A program made the position numbers and the translations under genes. Positions 11,041 through 24,058 of a stretch of 64,000 nucleotides of DNA are shown here, piece after piece (position 1 is the stretch's first letter; each line of letters opens with the position of its first letter). The DNA is from an uncultured Pelagibacteraceae bacterium (GTDB lineage Bacteria > Pseudomonadota > Alphaproteobacteria > Pelagibacterales > Pelagibacteraceae), in NCBI GenBank assembly GCA_902610675.1, contig CACLWP010000005.1:4975-68974 (forward strand). The letters run 5' to 3'. Below the pieces are notes generated by a model. The model made no database searches and had not been told where the DNA came from. It worked only from the letters and a program-made list of their open reading frames with translations.

Positions 11041-12028
11041 TCAATATAAAGTTAAACTAAGTAATCGAAGAGTTAATCAAATTTATAAAAAATTTGAAAA
11101 TTCATTTAATATAGATACAAATTTTATTGTAGCTGTTTCAGGAGGAGCAGATAGTTTAGCCTTAGCTTTTTTGACAAAGTTATTTGCACTTAAGAATAAC
11201 CTAAATCCTAAGTATTACATTGTTGATCATAAACTTAGAAAAGAGTCAACTAGAGAGGCATTTAAAGTAAAAAAGGTTTTAAGTTCTTTAGATATAAATT
11301 CACAAATTCTGACAGTAAGAGGTAATAAACCACAGAATAGAACCCAATCATTTGCTAGAAAAAAAAGATATAATCTTTTATTTTCTAAATGTAAAAAATT
11401 CAAAATAAATAACCTGATTTTAGGTCATCACATGGACGATCTCTTTGAAAATTTTTTTTTGAGAATGATAAGAGGTAGTGGTTTAAAAGGATTAGTATCA
11501 TTAGGTGAGAGCACACAAATTCAAAATATAAATTTGATTAGACCTCTTATAAAATTTGATAAAAAGGATCTTTTGTTTATTTCTAAATTTATTTTTAACT
11601 TTTATGTTAATGACCCATCAAATTATGACCCAAAATTTAATCGAATAAAGATAAGAAATTTTATCGAACAACTAAAGTCTATTGGCCTTAGTAAAATTAA
11701 ATTTCAACTAACTATAGAAAATTTAAAACGTTCTGACCAAACAATTAGATTTTATGTCGAAAGAAATAAAATGATTAACACATCAACGAATCTAGGAAAA
11801 AAAGATTTGTTTATAAAAGAGGACTTTTTTGATAATTCCTATGAAGTAGTTTTTAGGTCTTTATCAGATTTAATTCACTATGTTGGAAAAAAGCAGAATT
11901 CAGTAAGAGGTAAAAAAATCGACAATATTTTGAGGAAAATTAAAAATAAGACATTATTTAAAGAAACTTTGGGAGGATGCGTCATTAAGATGGTAAATCA
12001 GACTGTCATTTTGAGAAAAGAGTACTAA
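11000..12028 (+). CDS. tilS: tRNA(Ile)-lysidine synthetase
   Basis: AVSGGADS PP-loop, VDHKLR, GHHMDD, RGSG; ATG at 11000 preferred over 10943. Confidence 0.93.
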   Translation: MSLKNLSARNKIPNQYKVKLSNRRVNQIYKKFENSFNIDTNFIVAVSGGADSLALAFLTKLFALKNNLNPKYYIVDHKLRKESTREAFKVKKVLSSLDINSQILTVRGNKPQNRTQSFARKKRYNLLFSKCKKFKINNLILGHHMDDLFENFFLRMIRGSGLKGLVSLGESTQIQNINLIRPLIKFDKKDLLFISKFIFNFYVNDPSNYDPKFNRIKIRNFIEQLKSIGLSKIKFQLTIENLKRSDQTIRFYVERNKMINTSTNLGKKDLFIKEDFFDNSYEVVFRSLSDLIHYVGKKQNSVRGKKIDNILRKIKNKTLFKETLGGCVIKMVNQTVILRKEY

Positions 12029-12034
12029 AATAAG

Positions 12035-12062
12035 CTTGTTATATTAATAATAATTCTTATCT
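12035..12062 (+). promoter_or_regulatory. Candidate sigma32 (RpoH) promoter for ftsH
   Basis: CTTG-N17-CTTATCT fits the alphaproteobacterial RpoH consensus CTTG-N17/18-CYTATNT. Confidence 0.5.
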
Positions 12063-12069
12063 TATATTT

Positions 12070-13971
12070 ATGAATTTTAAAAATTTAGCAATGTGGGCGA
12101 TAATTGTTTTTTTGACAATTGGCTTATACAATATGTTTAAAAATCCTCAGTCTAATCCAAGAGGTTCAAATCAGGTTATATTTTCGGATTTCTTAGACTC
12201 AGTAGAAAATGGAGAGGTTGTAAAAGTAGAGATTCAAGGCAACAACATTAATGGTATATATTCGAATGGGAATAGTTTTAAAACATATTCACCTAATGAT
12301 CCAAATTTAATTGAAAAACTTTCAGATAAAGGTGTAAGTATTTCTGCTGCCCCACTAGATGAAAAAATGCCATCGTTGTTTGGTGTGTTACTGTCATGGT
12401 TCCCAATGCTATTACTAATTGCAGTTTGGATTTTCTTTATGAGACAGATGCAAGGAGGAAAAGGTGGCGCTATGGGTTTTGGAAGATCAAAAGCCAAGAT
12501 GATGAATGAGTTGAAAGGAAAAGTAACATTCAATGATGTTGCTGGCGTTGAGGAAGCAAAAGAGGAAGTTGAGGAGATTGTTGAATTTTTAAGAGATCCT
12601 AGAAAGTTTAGTAGATTAGGTGGAAAAATTCCGAGGGGTGCTTTATTAGTTGGTCCTCCAGGTACAGGGAAAACTTTGTTAGCTAGGGCTATAGCTGGTG
12701 AAGCTGGAGTTCCTTTTTTTACAATTTCAGGTTCAGACTTTGTAGAGATGTTTGTTGGAGTAGGAGCATCTAGAGTTAGAGACATGTTTGAACAAGGAAA
12801 AAAAAATTCGCCGTGTATAATTTTTATTGATGAGATTGATGCAGTAGGAAGAAGTAGGGGTGCAGGTTTAGGTGGTGGAAACGATGAAAGAGAGCAAACT
12901 TTAAATCAGCTTTTAGTTGAGATGGATGGTTTTGACACAAATGAGGGTGTTATAATTATAGCTGCAACAAACAGACCTGATGTTCTAGATCCAGCCCTTT
13001 TAAGACCTGGAAGGTTTGATAGACAAGTAGTTGTCTCAAATCCAGATATAATTGGTAGAGAAAAAATTTTAAAAGTACATGTAAAAAAAATTAAAATGGC
13101 TCCAGACGTAAACTTAAGAACAATTGCAAGAGGCACACCAGGTTTTTCAGGTGCAGACTTAGCAAACTTAGTTAATGAGTCCGCATTATTAGCTGCGAGA
13201 AAAAATAAAAGAATTGTGACATTAAACGAATTTGAAGAAGCCAAAGATAAGGTAATGATGGGAGCTGAAAGACGTTCAATGGTAATGACAGAAGATGAAA
13301 AAAAATTGACAGCATATCACGAAGGTGGTCATGCCTTAGTATCTTTTAATATGCCTGCTTATGACCCAATACACAAAGCAACAATTATTCCTAGAGGTCG
13401 GGCTTTAGGTATGGTTATGAATTTACCAGAGAGAGATAAACATGGTTACTCAATTAAATATCTAAAAGCAAGGTTAGCCGTATGTTTTGGTGGCAGAGTG
13501 GCAGAAGAAGTAATTTTTGGGAAAGATAATATTTCAACTGGAGCAGGAGGAGGTAACGGATCAGATATAAATCAAGCAACTCAACTTGCTAGAGCTATGG
13601 TAACAAAATATGGAATGAGTGAAGAGATGGGACCAGTAGAATACGGTGAAAATCAAGAGGAGGTATTTCTTGGAAGATCTGTAACTCAAACTCAATCTGT
13701 TTCAGAGGAGGTAGCTAAAAAAATAGACAAAGAGATTAGAAAATTAGTTGACGAAGGTTACAACAAAGCTAGAGAGATCTTGACTGAAAAAGTCGATGAT
13801 CTTCATAAAGTTGCAAAAGCTTTAATTACATATGAAACTCTGACAGGTGAAGAGATAGAAAATATAATAAATAAAAATATATATCCTGCTGACAAACAAG
13901 ATTTAAAAGTCGATGATGAGAAGAGTTCTGCTATGGGTGCAATGGGACTTAAACCAAAAATAGTTCATTAA
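12070..13971 (+). CDS. ftsH: ATP-dependent zinc metalloprotease FtsH
   Basis: Two TMs, [40 protein letters not shown]. Confidence 0.98.
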   Translation: MNFKNLAMWAIIVFLTIGLYNMFKNPQSNPRGSNQVIFSDFLDSVENGEVVKVEIQGNNINGIYSNGNSFKTYSPNDPNLIEKLSDKGVSISAAPLDEKMPSLFGVLLSWFPMLLLIAVWIFFMRQMQGGKGGAMGFGRSKAKMMNELKGKVTFNDVAGVEEAKEEVEEIVEFLRDPRKFSRLGGKIPRGALLVGPPGTGKTLLARAIAGEAGVPFFTISGSDFVEMFVGVGASRVRDMFEQGKKNSPCIIFIDEIDAVGRSRGAGLGGGNDEREQTLNQLLVEMDGFDTNEGVIIIAATNRPDVLDPALLRPGRFDRQVVVSNPDIIGREKILKVHVKKIKMAPDVNLRTIARGTPGFSGADLANLVNESALLAARKNKRIVTLNEFEEAKDKVMMGAERRSMVMTEDEKKLTAYHEGGHALVSFNMPAYDPIHKATIIPRGRALGMVMNLPERDKHGYSIKYLKARLAVCFGGRVAEEVIFGKDNISTGAGGGNGSDINQATQLARAMVTKYGMSEEMGPVEYGENQEEVFLGRSVTQTQSVSEEVAKKIDKEIRKLVDEGYNKAREILTEKVDDLHKVAKALITYETLTGEEIENIINKNIYPADKQDLKVDDEKSSAMGAMGLKPKIVH

Positions 13972-13976
13972 TCTTA

Positions 13977-15032
13977 ATGCCCAGATATTACACTAGAGTG
14001 TGTAATTTCTACTACGGCAAACATTCAAAAGATCTAGTAAACCAAAAAAAAACTATACCATTAAATCAGATAAAAGAAATTTCATTTGATCAGATTGAAA
14101 TACTGACCAGAAGGTCTAAAAGAAGAGTTTTTATAAATCAAATAAAGAATTTATCCAAATCACTCAAGAAAAAAATAAATTTTGATTTAAAAAAGATTAA
14201 ATTAAAAAAAAAAAATTTTTCAAATTTGAATTTTAAAAGACCCCCTAATTTGTTAGGTGTATTAAATTTAACACCTGATAGCTTTTCTGACGGTGGAAAA
14301 TTTAACACAAAGGAAAGAGGAGTTAGTCATGCAACAAATTTGATAAATTATGGAGCTGATTTAATTGATGTTGGTGGTGAGTCTACAAAACCAGGATCAA
14401 AAGCAATTAGTGAGAGTTTAGAGTGGAATAGGATTAATAAAATATTAAAATTGTTAATTAAAAAAAAAATACCACTATCTTTGGATACTAGAAAATCAAA
14501 GATTATGGAGAAAGGTATTAATCAAGGGGTACAATTGATTAATGATGTTTCAGGTCTAGAGTTTGATATTAACACTGTTAATATACTCAAGAAATATAAA
14601 ATCCCATTCGTAATCCAACACGCAAAAGGTCTTCCAGAAAATATGCAAAAAAAACCAAGTTATAAAAATGAATTATTAGATATATACGATTTTTTTGAGG
14701 ATAAAATAAAAATAATTAGATCAAAAGGGATCAAACATAACAACATAATTTTAGATCCAGGTATAGGTTTTGGAAAAAATTTGAAACATAATATGAGTTT
14801 AATTCATAATATTTCTATTTTTCATTCACTTGGTTTTCCTTTACTTGTAGGGAACTCAAGAAAAAGTTTTATTAAAGATATATCGGGAAAAAATGATAGT
14901 AAATCTAGAGTCGGAGGAACAATATCATCCTCAATTTATTTAATGATGCAAGGTGTCCAAATTTTAAGAATACATGATATTAATGAAGTAACACAAGGCT
15001 TAAAGATTTTTAAAAAAATTATTAATAATTAA
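13977..15032 (+). CDS. folP: Dihydropteroate synthase with N-terminal extension
   Basis: GVLNLTPDSFSDGG, DVGGEST, DPGIGFGK, SRKSF and LRIHD motifs. Confidence 0.95.
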   Translation: MPRYYTRVCNFYYGKHSKDLVNQKKTIPLNQIKEISFDQIEILTRRSKRRVFINQIKNLSKSLKKKINFDLKKIKLKKKNFSNLNFKRPPNLLGVLNLTPDSFSDGGKFNTKERGVSHATNLINYGADLIDVGGESTKPGSKAISESLEWNRINKILKLLIKKKIPLSLDTRKSKIMEKGINQGVQLINDVSGLEFDINTVNILKKYKIPFVIQHAKGLPENMQKKPSYKNELLDIYDFFEDKIKIIRSKGIKHNNIILDPGIGFGKNLKHNMSLIHNISIFHSLGFPLLVGNSRKSFIKDISGKNDSKSRVGGTISSSIYLMMQGVQILRIHDINEVTQGLKIFKKIINN

Positions 15033-16363
15033 TGACGAAAAAATATTTTGGTACTGATGGTATTAGGGGATCTATAAATAGTAAAAATATTAATGGAGAC
15101 ATGTTTTTTAAATTTGGTTTAGCAAGCGGTACATATTTCAGATCTCAAAAAAAAAGAAAACAATCTGCAATAATAGCAAAAGATACAAGATTATCTGGAT
15201 ACACTTTAGAACCCGCACTTGTATCAGGATTGGCATCAGCAGGCATGCATGTATATACTCTAGGACCTTTACCAACAAATGGTTTAGCGATGCTCACAAA
15301 GGCCATGAGGGCAAATATGGGAATTATGATTACAGCTTCTCACAACCCTCATAACGATAATGGATTAAAACTATTTGGACCTGATGGAATGAAACTATCA
15401 GATAAAATAGAAAAAAAAATTGAAAGTTTAATAGATAAAAAGATTATAAAAAATCTCTCAAAGCCTGAAAAATTAGGTAGGGTTAAAAGATTAGAAACAG
15501 GAACAAATGATTACGTCAAGATATTAAAAAAAAATTTCAGCAAGGAATTTAATTTAAGAGGTCTTAGAATTGTAATTGATTGTGCAAATGGTGCAGGTTA
15601 CAAAGCTGGACCAGAATTATTGAAATCTTTAGGAGCCAAGGTGATTGCAATAGGAGTTAAACCTAATGGATTAAATATCAACAAAAATTGTGGCTCTACA
15701 TTTCCTGGAAAGATAAAATCTGTAGTTAGAAAGTATAAGGCTCATATAGGTATTTCATTAGATGGTGATGCAGATAGGATAATTATGTGTGACGAATATA
15801 GTAATGTTATAGATGGAGACCAAATAATTGCAGCACTAGCAACAAGGTGGAAAAATAAAAAAATGTTAAAAGGTGGGGTTGTTGGAACATTAATGTCAAA
15901 TTACGGTCTTGAAAAATATTTCAAAAAAAAAGGCATAAAATTTATACGTGCTAATGTTGGTGACAAATACGTTAAAGAGGTAATGCAAAAAAATAATTTT
16001 AATTTAGGTGGAGAACAGTCAGGACATATTATTTTAGGTAAATTTGCAACTACAGGAGATGGCTTACTGGTTGCCCTCGAGTCTTTATTTGCTCTAAGAA
16101 AAGGAAAAAGAGCTAGCGAATTTTTTAATAAATTTAAAAAAACGCCACAATTACTTAGAAATGTTGAGGTAAAAGATAAAAATATTATCAATAAACCAGA
16201 AATTAAAAGATCTATAAAATTAGCCTCAAAATTAATCAAAGGCTACGGAAGAATTCTTGTAAGAAAATCAGGCACGGAGTCAAAAATCAGAATAATGGGA
16301 GAAAGTGAAAATAAAAGTCTTCTTCTTAAATGTGTTAATATTATTTTGAAAAAAATTAGATAA
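15032..16363 (+). CDS. glmM: Phosphoglucosamine mutase
   Basis: FGTDGIRG, ITASHNP, DGDADR and GGEQSGH motifs. Confidence 0.97.
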   Translation: MTKKYFGTDGIRGSINSKNINGDMFFKFGLASGTYFRSQKKRKQSAIIAKDTRLSGYTLEPALVSGLASAGMHVYTLGPLPTNGLAMLTKAMRANMGIMITASHNPHNDNGLKLFGPDGMKLSDKIEKKIESLIDKKIIKNLSKPEKLGRVKRLETGTNDYVKILKKNFSKEFNLRGLRIVIDCANGAGYKAGPELLKSLGAKVIAIGVKPNGLNINKNCGSTFPGKIKSVVRKYKAHIGISLDGDADRIIMCDEYSNVIDGDQIIAALATRWKNKKMLKGGVVGTLMSNYGLEKYFKKKGIKFIRANVGDKYVKEVMQKNNFNLGGEQSGHIILGKFATTGDGLLVALESLFALRKGKRASEFFNKFKKTPQLLRNVEVKDKNIINKPEIKRSIKLASKLIKGYGRILVRKSGTESKIRIMGESENKSLLLKCVNIILKKIR

Positions 16364-16364
16364 T

Positions 16365-19347
<2,983 letters not shown>

Positions 19348-19399
19348 AGTTATACTTATAAACAATTTATCTAATTAATATTAAAAATTTTTCAATGTT

Positions 19400-20380
19400 T
19401 TATTTACCTATATTTCTGAGTGTTTTTAGAATTATTTCAAGTTCATTTGGTAAAATTGAGTTAAAAATCATCTGCTTATTTTTTTTTGGATGTATAAAAC
19501 CCAATGTTTTAGCGTGTAGAAATTGTCTGTTTAATTTTACCAAAATTTTTTCTAATGAAGGCTCTATATCTTTAAATTTTTTAAATTTTTTTTTATATTT
19601 ATCATCACCAACAATACTATTACCCAAATAATTCATGTGAACTCTTATTTGGTGAGTTCGACCTGTTTCTAACGTACACTCTAACAAACTAAAAGTTGGT
19701 ATATTTTTATTTTCAAAAATTTCTAAAGTTTTGTAATTAGTAATCGCCTTTTTTCCTTTACTATTACTAACCTCCATCATTTGTCTATTTTTTGAGCTTC
19801 TTGTAATAAAGGTTTCTATTTTACCTTTAGATGGTCTAACTTTACCCCAGATTAATAATTGGTAAACTCTTTGAATTGTGTGTTTATTAAACTGATTGGA
19901 GAGGTGTTCATGAGTTTGATTATTTTTCGCAATAACAATTAATCCAGATGTATTTTTATCAATTCTATGTACTATTCCAGGTCTTAGTTCACCTCCAATA
20001 TTAGAAAAAGAATTTTTACTATAATTCATTAGCGCATTTACAATTGTATTGTCAAAATTACCTGCACCAGGATGCACTACTATTCCTGAAGGCTTGTTTA
20101 AAATAATTAAATCTTTATCTTCAAATATTATATCTAGATTGAACTTATAAGGTTTTAAGGAAGTTTTTTTTTGCTCAGGTATAACTAATATTATTTTATC
20201 ATTAAAATAGATCTTTTTAGAGGGATCATTTATTATCTTATTATTTATTTTTAATTTATTATCTAAAATAAAATTCTTAATTTTTGTTCGACTGATATTA
20301 TCTTCTCTCTTTTTAATGAAAATATCAACACGGAGTTCATTTTCGGCCTTATCAACTGTCAAATTTATTTTTTTTTCCAT
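19400..20380 (-). CDS. rluD: 23S rRNA pseudouridine synthase, RluD type
   Basis: S4 domain, NKPSGIVVHP, RPGIVHRIDKNTSG, TGRTHQIRVH; conserved rluD-rpoH order. Confidence 0.92.
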   Translation of the reverse strand: MEKKINLTVDKAENELRVDIFIKKREDNISRTKIKNFILDNKLKINNKIINDPSKKIYFNDKIILVIPEQKKTSLKPYKFNLDIIFEDKDLIILNKPSGIVVHPGAGNFDNTIVNALMNYSKNSFSNIGGELRPGIVHRIDKNTSGLIVIAKNNQTHEHLSNQFNKHTIQRVYQLLIWGKVRPSKGKIETFITRSSKNRQMMEVSNSKGKKAITNYKTLEIFENKNIPTFSLLECTLETGRTHQIRVHMNYLGNSIVGDDKYKKKFKKFKDIEPSLEKILVKLNRQFLHAKTLGFIHPKKNKQMIFNSILPNELEIILKTLRNIGK

Positions 20381-20403
20381 AAAATGATATATTAATATGA
20401 TAT

Positions 20404-20480
20404 GCGCTTGTAGCTCAACTGGATAGAGCGCCTGACTTCGGATCAGGAGGTTCTGGGTTCGACTCCTAGCAGGCGCACCA
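20404..20480 (+). tRNA. tRNA-Arg, anticodon UCG
   Basis: Cloverleaf GCGCTTG...CAGGCGC-A-CCA; anticodon arm CCTGA-CTTCGGA-TCAGG; T-loop GTTCGAC; encoded CCA. Confidence 0.95.
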
Positions 20481-20481
20481 A

Positions 20482-21273
20482 TTATTCACCCATATTTATT
20501 AATGTCCCTTTTATTCTTGCTCTTAAAAAAGAAAGATAAAATAATCCTATTCCAAAAATTAAATAAATTAAATTTAACAAATAAGCTTGTTTTATATTTT
20601 CATAATTTACTTGACCATTTATTAAAATATTTCTTGTTTCATCAAAGATGTAAACTAAGGGTAAACCTTTTGCAATTACTTGGAAAAATTCAGGAAGAAT
20701 TTCTATTGGGTAGTAGATACAACCCAATGGAGCAAGTAAAAATAATGAGGACCACGCTATATTTTCAAACGAAGGGCCGAATCTCATTAAACCTGAGCTC
20801 ACAAATAAACCAAGTGTAATGCCAAATATATATAAACTTAAAAATAATATAAGTAGTGGAAAACCTAATTTCAAAATTGAAACTCCAAATAATGGAGATG
20901 TTAAAATAATTGCGGGCACTAGACCAATTAGTGTCCTTATTAATGCAGTAAAAATTAAAGATATAATTATTTCTTTAAGCTTCAAAGGAGCAATAAATAA
21001 ATTTGTAAAATTTCTACTCCATATCTCTTCTAAAAAAAGCATATTAAAACTAATGCTAGATCTAAAAAGAATGTCATAAAGAATTGCACACGTAAGAATT
21101 ATTCCAAGTGTATTATTATAATAATCACTGTAAATCGAAAAAAATTTGGAAATAAAACCCCAAAGAATAATTTGTATTGTTGGCCAATAAATCAAATCCA
21201 AAACTCTCGGCAAAGAACTTTTGATTAGATAAAAATGTCTTAAAAAAAGACCGTACATTTTATTTAGATTCAT
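20482..21273 (-). CDS. ABC-2 type transporter permease
   Basis: About six hydrophobic segments, EEIWSRNFTNLFIAPL and YYPIEILP; overlaps its ATPase gene. Confidence 0.9.
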   Translation of the reverse strand: MNLNKMYGLFLRHFYLIKSSLPRVLDLIYWPTIQIILWGFISKFFSIYSDYYNNTLGIILTCAILYDILFRSSISFNMLFLEEIWSRNFTNLFIAPLKLKEIIISLIFTALIRTLIGLVPAIILTSPLFGVSILKLGFPLLILFLSLYIFGITLGLFVSSGLMRFGPSFENIAWSSLFLLAPLGCIYYPIEILPEFFQVIAKGLPLVYIFDETRNILINGQVNYENIKQAYLLNLIYLIFGIGLFYLSFLRARIKGTLINMGE

Positions 21274-21998
21274 ATTAAATCTCTTGTAAGTTTTAAAAAA
21301 ACTTCCTCCATATTTTTCCGTCCATGTTTTTGAATTAATTCATCAGGGGTTCCTTGATCAATAATAGATCCTTTATTCATCATAAGGACTGAAGAACATA
21401 ATCTTTCAACTTCTGCCATGTTGTGTGAGGCCAGGAGAATAGAAGTTTTTCTCTCTTTTTGGTACTCCTCTAAAAAACTTCTAACAAAATCACCAGTTTC
21501 AGGATCTAGAGATGCAGTTGGTTCATCAAGAAGAAGAACCGAGGGATCATTAATAATAGATTTAGCCAGACTGACCCTATTTTTTTGACCAGAGGAAAGT
21601 TCTCCTGTTATTTTATTAATAAATTCATTAAGTCTTAATTTTTCACTGAGATAATCAATTTTCATTCTAAGTTTTTTTACATCATAAAGTCTTCCATAAA
21701 CTTCTAAATTCTGTTTAACAGTTAATTTTTTTGGTAGCTCAATATATGGCGAAATAAAATTTAATTTATTTAACAAATCAACTCTTTGTTTTTCGATTTC
21801 AATGCCATTTATTAGAACCTTTCCTTTAGTAGGTTTAAGTAAACCAAGAATCATACCTATCGTTGTAGTTTTACCACATCCATTTGGTCCGAGAATTCCA
21901 ATAATTTCATTTTCATTTACTTTAAAAGAAATATTTCGAACAGCCTCTTTTGTGTCGTAGGTTTTTGATAAGTCAATTATTTCAAGAGGAATAGTCAT
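21270..21998 (-). CDS. ABC transporter ATP-binding protein
   Basis: GPNGCGKTT, LSSGQ, LLLDEPT and ASH motifs. Confidence 0.95.
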   Translation of the reverse strand: MTIPLEIIDLSKTYDTKEAVRNISFKVNENEIIGILGPNGCGKTTTIGMILGLLKPTKGKVLINGIEIEKQRVDLLNKLNFISPYIELPKKLTVKQNLEVYGRLYDVKKLRMKIDYLSEKLRLNEFINKITGELSSGQKNRVSLAKSIINDPSVLLLDEPTASLDPETGDFVRSFLEEYQKERKTSILLASHNMAEVERLCSSVLMMNKGSIIDQGTPDELIQKHGRKNMEEVFLKLTRDLI

Positions 21999-22930
21999 TA
22001 AAATTTTGAAGCCCTTGATAATCTATCATTTATAGTTTTGCCAAATCCTGTATTTGGGATTTTGCCTACAGCTATAGACTTATAATTATCTTTTTTTATC
22101 TTTCTTAAAATAGTGTAAAGATTTTTTGCAGCTTCTTTTAAATTGCCTTTTTTTGACAAAAAGTAATGGTTTGTTTTTTTAATTTTACTTTTTTTAATTA
22201 ATAAAAAAGCTTCATCTTTTTTTATTTTTTTAACATTAAGTCTAATTGGAATACCGGGTGAATAGTGAATTCTCAATTGTCCAGGAGCTGAAATTTTGGA
22301 GGGATTTGTATTTATTGAAATTTTTTTCTTCAATACTTTTTGTATAATTCCGACTTCTAAACCACCCAATCTTAAAATTTTTGGTTTTTTCCTTAGATCA
22401 ATAATTGTAGACTCAACTCCAACAGATGATCTTCCACCTTCAAGTATATACTTAATTTTTTTTCCGAAATCATCTTTAACATCTGAAGAAGTTACTGCAC
22501 TGATTTTTGAGGAAATATTTGCACTAGGTGCTGCAATGGGAAATTTTAAATATTTCAACAGATTTCTTGCTACAGGATGTTTAGGAAATCTTACAGCAAG
22601 ACTATTTTTTTTATTTGTTGCAACTTTTGAAATTTTTGATGTTTTTTTTTGATTCAAAATAAATGTTATTGGCCCAGGACAAAATCTTTTATATAATCTA
22701 AGAAAATCATTATTTAAATCACAATCAGCTTTTATTTTTTTTAAATCATAATAATGAATAATTAAAGGGTTATTCGCTGGTCTTTTTTTTAATCTAAATA
22801 TTTTTTTACATGCTGTATCAGAATATGCATTTCCCGCAATTCCATAAACAGTTTCGGTGGGTATGGCAACACACTCTCTTTTATTCAAGAGATTCACTGA
22901 TTTTTTAATATTTGCAAGATTAATTTTCAT
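21998..22930 (-). CDS. sua5: L-threonylcarbamoyladenylate synthase, Sua5 type
   Basis: PTETVYG, K.RP.NNPLI.H, AAPSAN, GVESTI and APGQL..HYSP motifs with C-terminal domain. Confidence 0.94.
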   Translation of the reverse strand: MKINLANIKKSVNLLNKRECVAIPTETVYGIAGNAYSDTACKKIFRLKKRPANNPLIIHYYDLKKIKADCDLNNDFLRLYKRFCPGPITFILNQKKTSKISKVATNKKNSLAVRFPKHPVARNLLKYLKFPIAAPSANISSKISAVTSSDVKDDFGKKIKYILEGGRSSVGVESTIIDLRKKPKILRLGGLEVGIIQKVLKKKISINTNPSKISAPGQLRIHYSPGIPIRLNVKKIKKDEAFLLIKKSKIKKTNHYFLSKKGNLKEAAKNLYTILRKIKKDNYKSIAVGKIPNTGFGKTINDRLSRASKF

Positions 22931-22950
22931 GTATTATTTGAAAGTATTAT

Positions 22951-23205
22951 ATGAAAGATAAAAATTTACCAAATGATTATAATTCATTATCTCTTGAGGA
23001 ATTAACCATTGAGGCAAATAAGATGATTGAAGAATTAGAAAATCAAAAGGATTTAGGAAACTCTTTAGATAAGTATCAAAATTTAATTAAACTTAATAAT
23101 GTAATTGAGAAAAAATTTCAAAAAAACATTAAAGAAATTAATGAGAAAACCCAAGAAAAGATATCCAATATTAATCAAAAAAATGATGAAAAGAAAATTA
23201 AATAA
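22951..23205 (+). CDS. xseB: Probable exodeoxyribonuclease VII small subunit (divergent)
   Basis: LSLEE...IEELE...L..SL..Y pattern and the xseB-ispA-dxs position. Confidence 0.65.
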   Translation: MKDKNLPNDYNSLSLEELTIEANKMIEELENQKDLGNSLDKYQNLIKLNNVIEKKFQKNIKEINEKTQEKISNINQKNDEKKIK

Positions 23206-24058
23206 AATTGCAAAAGACACAAATTTATTTTTAAGAAGATTTATTGCTAAACAAAAAAAAACAAATTTGATAGTCGTTATGAAATACGGTTTATTTTCTG
23301 GAGGAAAAAAAATAAGATCAAAAATTTTAATTGATATCGGATCTCTTTTTAAATTAGATTACAAAATACTTATCATGATTGGTGCTGCAGTCGAATGTAT
23401 TCATGCTTATTCATTAATACATGATGATTTACCTTGTATGGATGATGACTCAATAAGAAGAGGCAAACCATCAGCGCATATTAAATTTGGGGAGGCTACG
23501 GCAGTTTTAGCAGGAAATTCACTTCTAACAATGGCTTTTGAAATTTTAAGTCATAAAGATTTAAAGATTAATGAAAAAATTAAGATCGATTTAATTAATA
23601 AAATTTCTGAAAGCTCAGGCCATCTTGGAATAGCAGGTGGACAATATTTAGATTTAAATTATGAGCGTAAGAAAATTTCTCAAAAAAAGATTGAAGATAT
23701 GGAGATTAAAAAAACTGGTAAACTTTTTAGTTTTTGCTGTGTGGCACCATTAATAGTTAAGAAAAAAAGTAAAAATGATATTAAAAAATTTGAAAATATT
23801 GGTGCTGATATAGGGTTATTATTTCAGGTTGCTGATGATCTGATTGATTATAGAGGTAGTTTGGTTGTTGCAGGAAAAAAAACTGGCAAGGATAAAAAAA
23901 AAGGAAAAGCAACTCTAATTAGTTTACTAGGATACAAAAATACTGTTAAATATGCTAACAATTTAATTTTAAAAATTAATGGTAAATTAAAAAAATATGG
24001 ACCAAAATCAACAAATTTATCTGAAACATTAAATTATATTTTGAATAGAAATAAATGA
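23183..24058 (+). CDS. ispA: Farnesyl diphosphate synthase / geranyltranstransferase
   Basis: [20 protein letters not shown]...[12 protein letters not shown]; ATG at 23183 or 23186. Confidence 0.93.
   Translation: MMKRKLNKIAKDTNLFLRRFIAKQKKTNLIVVMKYGLFSGGKKIRSKILIDIGSLFKLDYKILIMIGAAVECIHAYSLIHDDLPCMDDDSIRRGKPSAHIKFGEATAVLAGNSLLTMAFEILSHKDLKINEKIKIDLINKISESSGHLGIAGGQYLDLNYERKKISQKKIEDMEIKKTGKLFSFCCVAPLIVKKKSKNDIKKFENIGADIGLLFQVADDLIDYRGSLVVAGKKTGKDKKKGKATLISLLGYKNTVKYANNLILKINGKLKKYGPKSTNLSETLNYILNRNK

Noticed and set aside
20404-20480. tRNA-Arg as an integration site for an island
   Set aside because: No integrase, no duplicated tRNA 3' end seen, and flanking genes look native.
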